Source of the DNA: Escherichia phage fEgEco12
Sequence record: PP777464.1
Length of the DNA: 64,000 bases
Strand: one strand, 5' to 3'
Under the pieces are notes generated by a model. That model was given only the letters and a program-made list of their open reading frames with translations, was not told the origin of the DNA and made no database searches. A program made the position numbers and the translations under genes. Positions 1 to 8,598 of this stretch are shown here, piece by piece (position 1 is the first letter of the stretch; each line of letters begins with the position of its first letter).

Positions 1-577
1 AGTAGGCAGAGGAAGTCTGCCGTACTTTGTAGTTTCCAAGCTCCTTTTCCATTTTGCAAATTACATCAAATGTAATCAAAAGTAATCACGCAATGATTAG
101 TACTGAATTATTACTTTCACCTTAATTACAATTACCCTTTTACCCTTCGGGGTAAAATTCCATTACCCCTTGAGGCTCCAGCAAAAAGTTGGTTAGTACT
201 CCATCCTAAATCTCGATCCTAAAAATTTTGGAGTACCTATGAAATAAAAGTTGGATCTTCGAAAGTTGAAATTTACGTTGGGACGTTTATGATTTGTGGG
301 ATATAATGATGTTTGTAATCGGGTAGTTCTCAAGAATATCAGTACTGAAAGATGAAAGAAAGTTATTGACTTTATGATTCAGTACTGTATAATGTTCTAC
401 ATAGGGTGATGAGTTGCTGCGAACAATTCATTTACTCTACCTCCTGTCGTGAGACAGTACAGAAAAGATAGTTCCTCCTGTGGTGGTACATCTTTTTGAA
501 CCTCATATGAAAATCGTAATAACAGTACTGATATTAACAGAATGGTGTCAGTACTGATTTTAATCTAAAGCATTATG

Positions 578-597
578 CCACCAGCTTGTGCTGGTGG
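578..597. other. Perfect hairpin carrying Chi octamer on both strands
   Basis: CCACCAGC-ttgt-GCTGGTGG, 8-bp stem, 4-nt loop. Confidence 0.7.
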
Positions 598-780
598 ATT
601 CCCTCTAACAGTATTCAGTACTACATGATGGTCTTCATCCTCCTAGGGTAACATAGTGAGGGCTATGATGGCAGTACTGAATACTCCCTTTCAAAAGATA
701 GATCTATGGTATAGTACTGACGGATTTTGGGTGTAGTTACCCTGGATGGATTTTGGGCGTAGATATGTCTAGCCCTCCAG

Positions 781-920
781 AAGTCTGGAAGTAAAGATGG
801 CTATCCATCTAGACGGCTAAACGGCTAGATTTCTGGATGGCTGGATGGCTGGATGGCTAGACGTTTGGACGGCTAAACGGCTAGATGGTTACACGTCTGG
901 AAGTATAGACGGCTAAATCA
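781..920. repeat. Iteron-like array
   Basis: CTGGATGG x3 in tandem (833-856); ACGGCTAAACGGCTAGAT x2; flanking AGTCTGGAAGTA copies; dyad AGATGG..CCATCT. Confidence 0.6.
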
Positions 921-1544
921 AAATTTTATTTTGTTTTTTCCAATAGTTCCCCTACCGCGTGGGGATAGTTTCCCCGCAGTATCTGGTGTTAGATTTTTCT
1001 GAATCTGGAATCATTATCTTATAAACTGGGGGCAATGTCAACGGCCTGGACGGATATTTTTAAAAATTTTTTCAGTACTGAATTTTGGGCGTAACTATGC
1101 ACCCGGTGGGCTTGAGTCTTTCTCGACTTGATGGAACTATTATACAGTACTGAAAAAATAAAGCAATACCCTGGAAGCAAAAAAGTTTTAATTAATTTGC
1201 TTGCTATCCTGGGCCGGACTATGGTACTATATTTCAGTACTGAGAAAGTGCGTTTACCTGCTAGGGTGCGGGAGTGTATCCTTTTTTTATATCTTGAATT
1301 TTGGACGGATCTTCCCACCCCCTGGGGTATCCGCTTTCTCGCGTCTATGTAGTAATTATACGCTTTTTCAGGATCAAGTCAATACCTAAAAACAAAATAA
1401 TTGAAAATAATTTAACGCGTTTAAACGGCCTGTAAAGCCCTGGAATGATTGGAATGGTGCAAATGTATAGCTTATGTGTATTAATGCGTTAGAATGCGTC
1501 TGAGGACGTTTTACGGGGTATAGGGATGATTTAGTGGATTGATT

Positions 1545-1631
1545 CAGTACTGAATAATAGTACTCCTATATAGAAAGATAGTTCCCCTGGATGATTGCAG
1601 TACTGAATAATAGTACTCCTATATAGAAAGA
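1545..1631 (+). repeat. Direct repeat, 2 x 34 bp
   Basis: CAGTACTGAATAATAGTACTCCTATATAGAAAGA at about 1545 and 1598. Confidence 0.7.
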
Positions 1632-1662
1632 AAACTATTTTAAAAGTATTTGTAGAAAGTAC

Positions 1663-1690
1663 TTGCACCGTACTGATAAAAGCGTATAAT
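1663..1690 (+). promoter_or_regulatory. sigma70-like early promoter
   Basis: -35 TTGCAC, 16-nt spacer, -10 TATAAT; consensus AAAGTACTTGCAA..GCGTATAATGTTTTACATC recurs. Confidence 0.6.
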
Positions 1691-1703
1691 GTTTTACATC
1701 GAG

Positions 1704-1722
1704 AGCGGGAACACTTCCCGCT
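1704..1722 (+). promoter_or_regulatory. 5-prime UTR stem-loop
   Basis: AGCGGGA-acact-TCCCGCT between -10 box and RBS. Confidence 0.5.
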
Positions 1723-1745
1723 ACACATTAAGAGAGATTAAAACG

Positions 1746-2108
1746 ATGGCGACTCAAATCAATAAAATCATGCTTAACCTGGTAAACTTCCGCGATGAGA
1801 TGAAAGGTCTTCCGGCTGAAACTGTAAAAATTCACATTGCAGCTTATCGGGAACTTATTGCAATGTTGCCGCTTAAGCGTGAACAATACGCCGCTACTTT
1901 GATGCTGGATTCAATGATCCATATAATGATCTCAAATGATTTGACGATGGTTTATCAGTATATGGGCGAAAATTTCGCGGTGTGTAGTAAGCCAGTACCA
2001 GGGATGGCAACAACTGAGGAATTGCACGGCTTAAACTTAAAACAAGATGCATGGGATAATATGCCTCGTTTCCTGGTATGGGCTGACAGTGGCAAAATTT
2101 ACAAATAA
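1746..2108 (+). CDS. hypothetical early protein (120 aa)
   Basis: Promoter, UTR hairpin; track ORF 1689 begins inside the -10 box, first ATG after hairpin used. Confidence 0.65.
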   Translation: MATQINKIMLNLVNFRDEMKGLPAETVKIHIAAYRELIAMLPLKREQYAATLMLDSMIHIMISNDLTMVYQYMGENFAVCSKPVPGMATTEELHGLNLKQDAWDNMPRFLVWADSGKIYK

Positions 2109-2122
2109 GTTTAATAAAGTAC

Positions 2123-2150
2123 TTGCAAACTATGTTTAATGGCGTATAAT
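2123..2150 (+). promoter_or_regulatory. sigma70-like early promoter
   Basis: -35 TTGCAA, 16-nt spacer, -10 TATAAT, then GGGGAA-tag-TTCCCC hairpin. Confidence 0.6.
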
Positions 2151-2201
2151 GTTTTACATCAGGTGGGGAATAGTTCCCCCCTATATAAGAGGATTAAAAA
2201 A

Positions 2202-2441
2202 ATGGCTAAATCAAAAATGTTCTTAGGTCACAAAAACAAAACTCATTGGAATGTAAGCCTGTGGATTAATAACGATGAGGGATTGTATCGGTTGGCCCTG
2301 GACTTTATTGCCGCCAATACTAATCGCAATGATGCGGCCCGTCATATGATGTTATTTTTAGAACAGACTGGACAAGATAAAACACCGGACGGATTCAAAT
2401 ATAGCACTACTGCGATCCGTGCGGCGATGGTTGGAATGTAA
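2202..2441 (+). CDS. hypothetical early protein (79 aa)
   Basis: ATG 8 nt after GAGGA; upstream track start lies in promoter. Confidence 0.65.
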   Translation: MAKSKMFLGHKNKTHWNVSLWINNDEGLYRLALDFIAANTNRNDAARHMMLFLEQTGQDKTPDGFKYSTTAIRAAMVGM

Positions 2442-2527
2442 TAGAATTTATTTAAAGTACTATCATTTTTTTGCGATAGTACTTTATAATAGTGTTTTAT
2501 TCATACACCAACGATAAGGGCAACAGC

Positions 2528-2794
2528 ATGAATATTAAGTATTTTGCGACGCGTGAACAAGCTCGGATCGCCGCACGCCAGGACGGGGCAACGTTTAAAG
2601 ATATGGGCGTACAATCGGAACGTGGTAAACGTTGGGCCATTGTAAAGCGTAGTACCGCCAGATCATTACAGTACTGGTTAGCGGCCTTAAAAAGTCCCGA
2701 TAGTGTATCGCGTCGAGTGGTAGAAATAAAGCTCGACCGAAAGGGCAACCGCGTGACCGTGTACCGTACTAAAAAGATTGCAGTACTTGAATAA
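2528..2794 (+). CDS. hypothetical protein, paralog of 14846-15241
   Basis: Shared KYFATREQARIAARQDGATFKDMG and DRKGNRVTVY blocks. Confidence 0.65.
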   Translation: MNIKYFATREQARIAARQDGATFKDMGVQSERGKRWAIVKRSTARSLQYWLAALKSPDSVSRRVVEIKLDRKGNRVTVYRTKKIAVLE

Positions 2795-2801
2795 AAAGTA
2801 C

Positions 2802-2829
2802 TTGCAAACTATGTTTAAAGGCGTATAAT
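2802..2829 (+). promoter_or_regulatory. sigma70-like early promoter
   Basis: TTGCAA, 16 nt, TATAAT; followed by AGCGGGAAC/TTCCCGC hairpin. Confidence 0.6.
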
Positions 2830-2875
2830 GTTTTACATCGAGAGCGGGAACTCTTCCCGCCTATAACCTGGAGTA

Positions 2876-3112
2876 ATGAAAATGACTAATATGTATATGA
2901 CTGAAGTTAAAACCGTAAAAGATACTACCACGAATAAAACTACTTACTTACAGCGGATCTGTGGTGTATGGCAACGTATCAGCAAATCAAAGTACTTTAA
3001 ATTAACATCATATGCAAACCGTTCGGATTCATTCAGTACTGAAATAAAAGGTAATAAAGTACACCAATACGGCACTTATTATTATTATAGCCTGGACGCG
3101 ATTGCAGTATAA
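2876..3112 (+). CDS. hypothetical early protein
   Basis: ORF track; start 2876 or 2882, the latter better spaced from GGAG. Confidence 0.6.
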   Translation: MKMTNMYMTEVKTVKDTTTNKTTYLQRICGVWQRISKSKYFKLTSYANRSDSFSTEIKGNKVHQYGTYYYYSLDAIAV

Positions 3113-3142
3113 GCAGTTTACAAATCTTTACAATTGCCGGTA

Positions 3143-3171
3143 TTGACTTATTTTGTCAGTACTGGCATAAT
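3143..3171 (+). promoter_or_regulatory. sigma70-like promoter with no ORF downstream
   Basis: TTGACT, 17 nt, CATAAT; followed by conserved box TAGCCCATAGGGTGCGGGAGTGTATC. Confidence 0.45.
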
Positions 3172-3361
3172 GTATTCATTGGCAGATAAGCCGTAGCCCA
3201 TAGGGTGCGGGAGTGTATCTATAGAAAAAGTAGTTTATTACAGTTACAATTGTGCACCCGGTGGGTTAGCTGTTGTCATGGGGTATATTATGCCAGTACT
3301 TGATAATGCTGTCAATACTTTTTTTTACTATTCAGTACTGAAAACTATTTTTAAAAAGTAC

Positions 3362-3389
3362 TTGCAAACTATGTTTAAAGGCGTATAAT
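3362..3389 (+). promoter_or_regulatory. Consensus early promoter driving a non-coding element
   Basis: TTGCAA, 16 nt, TATAAT; no ORF before the next promoter at 3480. Confidence 0.55.
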
Positions 3390-3396
3390 GTTTTAC

Positions 3397-3478
3397 ATCA
3401 GGACGGGGAACGAAATAAGTAACTTCCCGTTAAGTAGCCCAGGAGTAAGGCACACGAAAAACTCCCCTGATAAAATAG
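3397..3478 (+). ncRNA. Candidate small RNA (about 80 nt)
   Basis: Promoter-driven, no start codon, predicted stem-loops; near-identical copy at 13650-13728, variant at 5947-6040. Confidence 0.35.
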
Positions 3479-3479
3479 T

Positions 3480-3507
3480 TTGACAAATGTTTTTAAAAGC
3501 GTATAAT
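3480..3507 (+). promoter_or_regulatory. sigma70-like promoter
   Basis: TTGACA, 16 nt, TATAAT upstream of 3540 gene. Confidence 0.6.
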
Positions 3508-3539
3508 ACTTACATCAACTACTGAATGAGGGTTACAAA

Positions 3540-4151
3540 ATGAAAACTATCACTACTACTACTTTCGTTATGGATTTTTCTGAATTGAACGCAGAACAAA
3601 AAACGTCAGCTATCGAACTGGTTCGGGAACGTGAAAAAAACTCAAACGACAATTATTTTTCTGAAAGTGAAATTGAATACTATAAAGAAACAGTACTACC
3701 GGAATATGGCATTAATGACGCTGAAATACAATTCAGTGGCTTTTGGTCCCAGGGTGACGGTGCATCAATCAGTACTGACCACGTTGACGCAGTGAAGTTT
3801 TTACGCAAGGTAAGAGCATTAACTAAGTATCGCTCAATCCGTCACTTGCTGAATGAAGATGATTTGGCGATGAGTGTAAAGCGTTCGCACTCCCACTACT
3901 CGCATGAGAATACTGTAAGCGGGTACATTGAATCGGCTTACACTGATTTAACCGCAAAACAAGAAACGTTAGTTAATGAGCTTGAGGAACTACTCACTGA
4001 AACTATTCGTGAATTATCCCGCAAGTTGTACCGTGATTTAGAGAATGCATATGAGGATCAATTCACTACTGAAAACATTACGGCACTGATTGAGGGTAAC
4101 GAGTATCAATTCAATGTTATTGATGGCGTAGTGGAATCAATCGAATATTAA
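3540..4151 (+). CDS. hypothetical early protein (203 aa)
   Basis: ORF track; promoter and RBS GAGGG; acidic protein, no family recognised. Confidence 0.7.
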   Translation: MKTITTTTFVMDFSELNAEQKTSAIELVREREKNSNDNYFSESEIEYYKETVLPEYGINDAEIQFSGFWSQGDGASISTDHVDAVKFLRKVRALTKYRSIRHLLNEDDLAMSVKRSHSHYSHENTVSGYIESAYTDLTAKQETLVNELEELLTETIRELSRKLYRDLENAYEDQFTTENITALIEGNEYQFNVIDGVVESIEY

Positions 4152-4163
4152 TTTAAAAAGTAC

Positions 4164-4191
4164 TTGCAAACTAAGTTTAAAAGCGTATAAT
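4164..4191 (+). promoter_or_regulatory. sigma70-like early promoter
   Basis: TTGCAA, 16 nt, TATAAT, then AGCGGGAATAGTTCCCGCT hairpin. Confidence 0.6.
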
Positions 4192-4243
4192 ACTTTATAT
4201 CGAGAGCGGGAATAGTTCCCGCTACTAATGAGGAATACTACAA

Positions 4244-4408
4244 ATGAATACTTTTACCTTCGCTCAATTGAACGCCCTGGATGTATTGTCTGATGCTTTG
4301 CGGGATGCAACTGAAAGCGGTTTATTTGACAATGTTGACATTCACCCTGATGTAATTAATAATTTTTGTGATGCTATCGCAGAAGTACTGGAAGATCTAA
4401 AAAAATAA
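4244..4408 (+). CDS. small hypothetical protein (54 aa)
   Basis: Below ORF-track cutoff; promoter, hairpin, RBS GAGGAA; open frame to TAA. Confidence 0.55.
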   Translation: MNTFTFAQLNALDVLSDALRDATESGLFDNVDIHPDVINNFCDAIAEVLEDLKK

Positions 4409-4496
4409 TAGAAAGTACTTGCAATTAGTTTTCAGTACTGTATAATGGTTTACATCAAAGGGAGAAATGGTTCTCCCTGGTAATGAGGAAAATACA

Positions 4497-4718
4497 ATGG
4501 CTAATATCACTACTCTTTCCCAACTGGAAGCACTGGTTAAATCTATGCGGGAACATGCTGACAAAATCGGCGTACAAGATCCAGCCGTTTGCTTCTGCGA
4601 CGAATTGAATGATGATACCCTGGTAATAGCAGAAGTCCAGGACGTTTCTAACTATTCCTCGCGTTACACTGGCGGCGTAGCAAATAAAGGTGACTTCTGT
4701 TTATACCTTACAAAATAA
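4497..4718 (+). CDS. hypothetical early protein (73 aa)
   Basis: ATG after hairpin GGGAGAA..TTCTCCC and RBS GAGGAAAA. Confidence 0.65.
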   Translation: MANITTLSQLEALVKSMREHADKIGVQDPAVCFCDELNDDTLVIAEVQDVSNYSSRYTGGVANKGDFCLYLTK

Positions 4719-4723
4719 CAACG

Positions 4724-4753
4724 CGGGGAGATAATAACTCCCCGTTACTTTTT
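4724..4753 (+). terminator. Rho-independent terminator
   Basis: CGGGGAG-ataataa-CTCCCCG then T-run. Confidence 0.6.
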
Positions 4754-4962
4754 CAGTACTGAATCATTTAATAGACGGATCTCGGCACCCGGTGGGTTAG
4801 TGACAGTTTCGTCTTGATGTAATAATTATGCCAGTACTGGATGCACTTGTCAACAACTATTTTTTCAAATACTTTTTATTAAAATACTTGCAATTAGTTT
4901 TTAAACGCGTATAATGTTTTGCATAGGGGGAGCGGTTCCCCTGGTAACTAAGGAATAAGAAA

Positions 4963-5199
4963 ATGCTTGAACAAATCAAATCAACGTCTGCGAATGTAAC
5001 GGGAACGGTAGTACACTTTACTAGTGATGAATCGCGGGGTGTACCCTATTGTGCTGTACATGTAAACACTGAGGGTAACTACTGGTTTACGGTTTACGGA
5101 TCATATTCATTTGGACGGCCTGGGCATCAAAAAATTCTGGATAAAGTACAACCAACGGGTAAAAATATCACGGCTGAAATGTTTTATAAAAAATCATAA
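4963..5199 (+). CDS. hypothetical early protein (78 aa)
   Basis: ORF track; promoter, hairpin GGGGGAGCGGTTCCCC, RBS AAGGAA. Confidence 0.65.
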   Translation: MLEQIKSTSANVTGTVVHFTSDESRGVPYCAVHVNTEGNYWFTVYGSYSFGRPGHQKILDKVQPTGKNITAEMFYKKS

Positions 5200-5283
5200 A
5201 GTACTTGATAATAGTTTTTAGTACTGTATAATATTTTACATCGCAAGGGGGAGCGGTTCCCCCTGGTAACTAAGGATAATCAA

Positions 5284-5583
5284 ATGAAAATTGCAATCAT
5301 CGCCCTGGCTTTATCTGTTTCCTCTTTCGCTGTTAATGCGTCATTAGATGTAAGTAGTGAAAAATTCATTCAGTGCACTGTTGCAATGACCGATGAAAGA
5401 ACTGGCGAGATTGTATTAAAGGATTTAGAGATCCAGCCGGAAGCATTTAAAAACGGCCCGTTCCATGAAGAAGACGAAAACGGTAGCACAACAATTTATT
5501 ATGATGCCAGTACTAAACGCGGTTCGGTCACTGTTATGGATACCGAGAAAGTAACTCATACCGGCGTTATTAATTGCCGTTGA
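5284..5583 (+). CDS. putative exported small protein
   Basis: N-terminal signal-peptide-like MKIAIIALALSVSSFAVNA; promoter and hairpin upstream. Confidence 0.6.
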   Translation: MKIAIIALALSVSSFAVNASLDVSSEKFIQCTVAMTDERTGEIVLKDLEIQPEAFKNGPFHEEDENGSTTIYYDASTKRGSVTVMDTEKVTHTGVINCR

Positions 5584-5604
5584 TAGATACTACGGGGTAA
5601 CATC

Positions 5605-5835
5605 ATGACTAAGCGAATTGTTTTACTTAACGAAAGCAGTACTACACAACTACTTAACGCCGTGCATTATGATATTGAAACGAGCGTTAATCTTATCAGT
5701 ACTGTAGTTCTGTTGGACACTGGAAAGGTAGCCAATGATAAAGCGATTGCAGGTATACTAACGGATCTTGTGCCTGGTAGCAGTGCACCAATAACGTTAA
5801 ATGGTAAAGTGTTTAATATTTTACTCACTGATTAA
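5605..5835 (+). CDS. hypothetical protein (76 aa)
   Basis: ORF track; RBS GGGG 7 nt upstream; terminator follows. Confidence 0.6.
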   Translation: MTKRIVLLNESSTTQLLNAVHYDIETSVNLISTVVLLDTGKVANDKAIAGILTDLVPGSSAPITLNGKVFNILLTD

Positions 5836-5841
5836 GTACAT

Positions 5842-5870
5842 AGCCCACCTGGTGGGCTTTTTTGTTTTTG
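5842..5870 (+). terminator. Rho-independent terminator
   Basis: AGCCCACC/GGTGGGCT hairpin then TTTTTTGTTTTT. Confidence 0.65.
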
Positions 5871-5917
5871 TAGTATCGTAGTACTGAGATACTTTGAAAA
5901 TAGTTTTAAAAAAGTAG

Positions 5918-5945
5918 TTGACATTACCACAGAAAAGCGTAGAAT
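5918..5945 (+). promoter_or_regulatory. sigma70-like promoter
   Basis: TTGACA, 16 nt, TAGAAT; long structured leader before 6069. Confidence 0.55.
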
Positions 5946-6068
5946 GTATTACATCAAGACGGGGAGCACTAAGTAGACCGCCAGTAAGTCGAACGAAAAA
6001 CTGGACACGTCGAGAAAACTTTGATACACTAATAAACGTAAACTAAACTTTAATTGAGGATTTATAAA

Positions 6069-6551
6069 ATGGCTAATGTAAAATCATTCATCAAAGCACT
6101 GGTAGCAAATGAAACTAACGTCGCGGCTGAGATCCTGGCTGAACTGGATAACGATACCATGAAAGCGGTACGCAATAATTTTAACATCGCGTACAGTACT
6201 GCGAAAGAACTACAAGCAAATAAAGCGGCAGAAATTGAAGCGGCAAAGGCGGCCCGTGAAGCAGAACTACAAGCAACAATCGAAAGTATTCAGGCGGCAG
6301 TAGTTGGATTGGATCTGGAAGTAGTTACAGAGATGGCACAAAAAGCCCTGGCGGTTAAGTATGGGGAAGACAAGCCAGAAGTAAAAGCCAAAAAATGGAT
6401 TCAGGAACGCGTAGCGGTAGTACTGGACAACGGGGAAGAATATCTGATTCCGGTGCGTGGTAACTGTATTGCGGTAGTACTGGACGCGATTAACTCCAGT
6501 GGTATGACTCGCGAGGAATGGATCGAAGCTCATCGCAAAGTTGAAGCATAA
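6069..6551 (+). CDS. hypothetical protein, Ala/Lys/Glu-rich (160 aa)
   Basis: ATG 8 nt after GAGGA; track start is an upstream TTG. Confidence 0.65.
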   Translation: MANVKSFIKALVANETNVAAEILAELDNDTMKAVRNNFNIAYSTAKELQANKAAEIEAAKAAREAELQATIESIQAAVVGLDLEVVTEMAQKALAVKYGEDKPEVKAKKWIQERVAVVLDNGEEYLIPVRGNCIAVVLDAINSSGMTREEWIEAHRKVEA

Positions 6552-6572
6552 CAATTAAAGTACTGAATCACT

Positions 6573-6600
6573 AGCCCACCTTAAACAGTGGGCTTTTTTG
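6573..6600 (+). terminator. Rho-independent terminator
   Basis: AGCCCAC..GTGGGCT hairpin then TTTTTT. Confidence 0.65.
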
Positions 6601-6826
6601 TGTCTATAGTATTCCAGGCCACCAGCACCGCCTAGAAACGATTCTAACGCATTAAACTGATTATCTGATGCATCGCCCTAGCTGGTGGCGTTAAGGTCGT
6701 TAGAATGCGATTGAGAGCGTTTAAAGTATTTTGCAAAAAGTAATAAAAAGTACTTGCACGATTAAGAGATTAGCGTATAATTAATTACATCAAGGCGAGA
6801 CACCTTAACTAACTGAGGATATAAAG

Positions 6827-6979
6827 ATGAATACTTATGAACTGGATTGTTTTACTTTACAAGTAATGTCAGTATGCAGTAAGAAAGATTGGTCATCAAA
6901 GGAATTTAAAGCAGTTATCGCGTGTGCAAAACACGGCAAGACTATCAATGAAACGGCATCAATCATTGATAAACTTTAA
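6827..6979 (+). CDS. small hypothetical protein (50 aa), paralog of 10703-10846
   Basis: Below track cutoff; promoter upstream; shared C-terminal pattern with 10703 gene. Confidence 0.5.
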   Translation: MNTYELDCFTLQVMSVCSKKDWSSKEFKAVIACAKHGKTINETASIIDKL

Positions 6980-6987
6980 AAAATAGT

Positions 6988-7016
6988 TTGACAATAGTTT
7001 TAAGTACTGGCATAAT
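6988..7016 (+). promoter_or_regulatory. sigma70-like promoter
   Basis: TTGACA, 17 nt, CATAAT. Confidence 0.6.
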
Positions 7017-7049
7017 ACATACATCAACTACTGAATAGGAATTAAAAAA

Positions 7050-7277
7050 ATGGCTATTATCATTACTCGCGTATCTGGTACTACTGGCAACGAACAAGTA
7101 GTTGCAGTCATTACCAACAAGGAAGGTGCGGAATTGCAAAATGCAATGAATACCTGGGCCGTTAATGAGTTCGGTCAGTGGGCAAGTGTAGCATACATTG
7201 AAACCTATCAAGTGCCGTCGATTAGTTTAACTGATTTGGGCGTTGAGCGTATCCTTTGCCTGGATGAATTAAATTAA
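7050..7277 (+). CDS. hypothetical early protein (75 aa)
   Basis: ORF track; promoter, RBS AGGAA. Confidence 0.65.
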   Translation: MAIIITRVSGTTGNEQVVAVITNKEGAELQNAMNTWAVNEFGQWASVAYIETYQVPSISLTDLGVERILCLDELN

Positions 7278-7362
7278 AAAAGTACTTGCAAAGTAAATCG
7301 AATAAAGTATAATACATTACATCAAGGGGAGAAATGATTCTCCCCACTACAAGGAAACTAAT

Positions 7363-7506
7363 ATGAAAACTTGTCAATGTGGTCAGAAATCTATTACGGG
7401 TTTAAAGCGGGGCGTTGCTCTTTGCCAGTACCATTATAATTTACAAGTATGGGGTAAAGAATGGGCCGACCAGGTGGAAGCAGCAAAGAAAGCAAAAAGT
7501 AAGTAA
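7363..7506 (+). CDS. small Cys-rich hypothetical protein (47 aa)
   Basis: Below track cutoff; promoter, GGGGAGAAATGATTCTCCCC hairpin, RBS AAGGAA; CxC...CxxH. Confidence 0.55.
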   Translation: MKTCQCGQKSITGLKRGVALCQYHYNLQVWGKEWADQVEAAKKAKSK

Positions 7507-7525
7507 AAATATTATCACAGTACTA

Positions 7526-7554
7526 TTGACATAGTTTGATAGTACTGGCATAAT
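7526..7554 (+). promoter_or_regulatory. sigma70-like promoter, second subtype
   Basis: TATTGACATAGTTTGATAGTACTGGCATAAT; same box upstream of 10433, 10703 and 18946 genes. Confidence 0.6.
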
Positions 7555-7595
7555 AGATTTTATCAAGACAACATATTAATTTAAGGAATACAAAA

Positions 7596-7919
7596 ATGGC
7601 TAAAACTATCATTAACACCGTTTCCCTGGCTGCAATCCGTGCAATCAATGTTGACGGTAAACGTTGGACTGATTCATATGGCAATACTTATCATTCTTGT
7701 CATGTAAGCGTCGAACTGGATAACGGTTTGAATGATCTGGCGGTTGAATCATTTACTTATGGCTATGAAGATGCATATCAACAAACGGCGTTAGATCTAT
7801 TAAAGGAATCAGTAGACGGGCTTAATACTGATGAAACCTCCCTTACTCGTTTGTGCAATGATCTTAATATCCCGTTGCATTGTACTGTACAGAATGTTAA
7901 ACGCAAAAAAGATCTTTAA
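7596..7919 (+). CDS. hypothetical protein, paralog of 14427-14750
   Basis: Shared RWTDSYGNTYHSC and FTYGY blocks and C-terminal VKRKKD. Confidence 0.7.
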   Translation: MAKTIINTVSLAAIRAINVDGKRWTDSYGNTYHSCHVSVELDNGLNDLAVESFTYGYEDAYQQTALDLLKESVDGLNTDETSLTRLCNDLNIPLHCTVQNVKRKKDL

Positions 7920-7999
7920 TTAGCTTTACTTTATGCAGATACTTTGATATAGTGTCTGCATAGGGGAAAGAAATTAAATTAACTTAAGAGGAACGTATA

Positions 8000-8269
8000 A
8001 TGAAAAATATCAGTACTTTAATCGACGCAGGTACACATGTTCGGCGGTCTATGGTTGCAACCAGTACTACAAAACAAGTAGCGAGCGGTTATCTTGTATT
8101 TGTGCACGATGGTAAACTACTGGAACGTTCAATCAATTTTGATGTTAAAAACAATTGCCGTTTTATTATCTTTAAGCGTGAGCAATATAAAATTGATTTA
8201 CCAGCAAAGCCCATTAGTGGGGCGTACAACGTGCAATCATTGTTTGAACGTCAACCATACACCTATTAA
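8000..8269 (+). CDS. hypothetical protein (89 aa)
   Basis: ORF track; RBS AAGAGGAA. Confidence 0.6.
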   Translation: MKNISTLIDAGTHVRRSMVATSTTKQVASGYLVFVHDGKLLERSINFDVKNNCRFIIFKREQYKIDLPAKPISGAYNVQSLFERQPYTY

Positions 8270-8320
8270 TCAAAACATCGTTAGCGGTCGATTCAGGCCG
8301 CTTATATTGGGGATTATACC

Positions 8321-8593
8321 ATGAACGTTAATCAAGTACTGAATGAAGTTGAAAGCATCATTAAACCAATGAAACGCATTGATGCTATGTTAACACCGGA
8401 AGAATGCCGCCTATATGAGCGTTATAGCGTCGAACAAGTCCAGGCGATGGCTATGGCTACCCCAGCCGTTAAACCGCCTGAGAATGCGTTACAGGACGTT
8501 ACAGGGGATTATATCATTAATCCAGTACTAGGGAAGATGGCTGCAATCACCGAAGATCAACAAGACTACTTAAGCCAGTACTTAAAAGGTTAA
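8321..8593 (+). CDS. hypothetical protein (90 aa)
   Basis: ORF track; RBS GGGGA. Confidence 0.6.
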   Translation: MNVNQVLNEVESIIKPMKRIDAMLTPEECRLYERYSVEQVQAMAMATPAVKPPENALQDVTGDYIINPVLGKMAAITEDQQDYLSQYLKG

Positions 8594-8598
8594 TTAAT

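Larger units (their letters stand above)
1..1700. repeat. Non-coding repeat-rich region (terminus- or origin-like)
   Basis: No credible ORF; more than 12 CAGTACTG palindromes, iterons, short direct repeats, hairpins. Confidence 0.6.

Noticed and set aside
1019-1389. Track ORFs 1019-1318 (-), 1128-1352 (+) and 1201-1389 (+) in the left-end repeat region
   Set aside because: No RBS or promoter context, mutually overlapping, low-complexity translations; they lie across palindromes and repeats and are most likely non-coding.
8094-8324. Track ORF 8094-8324 and similar alternate-frame + strand ORFs (29864-30088, 39120-39335, 39449-39694, 41959-42144, 45354-45620, 45704-45925, 57262-57480, 62817-63026)
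   Set aside because: Overlap a motif-supported or RBS-supported gene in another frame; no independent support.
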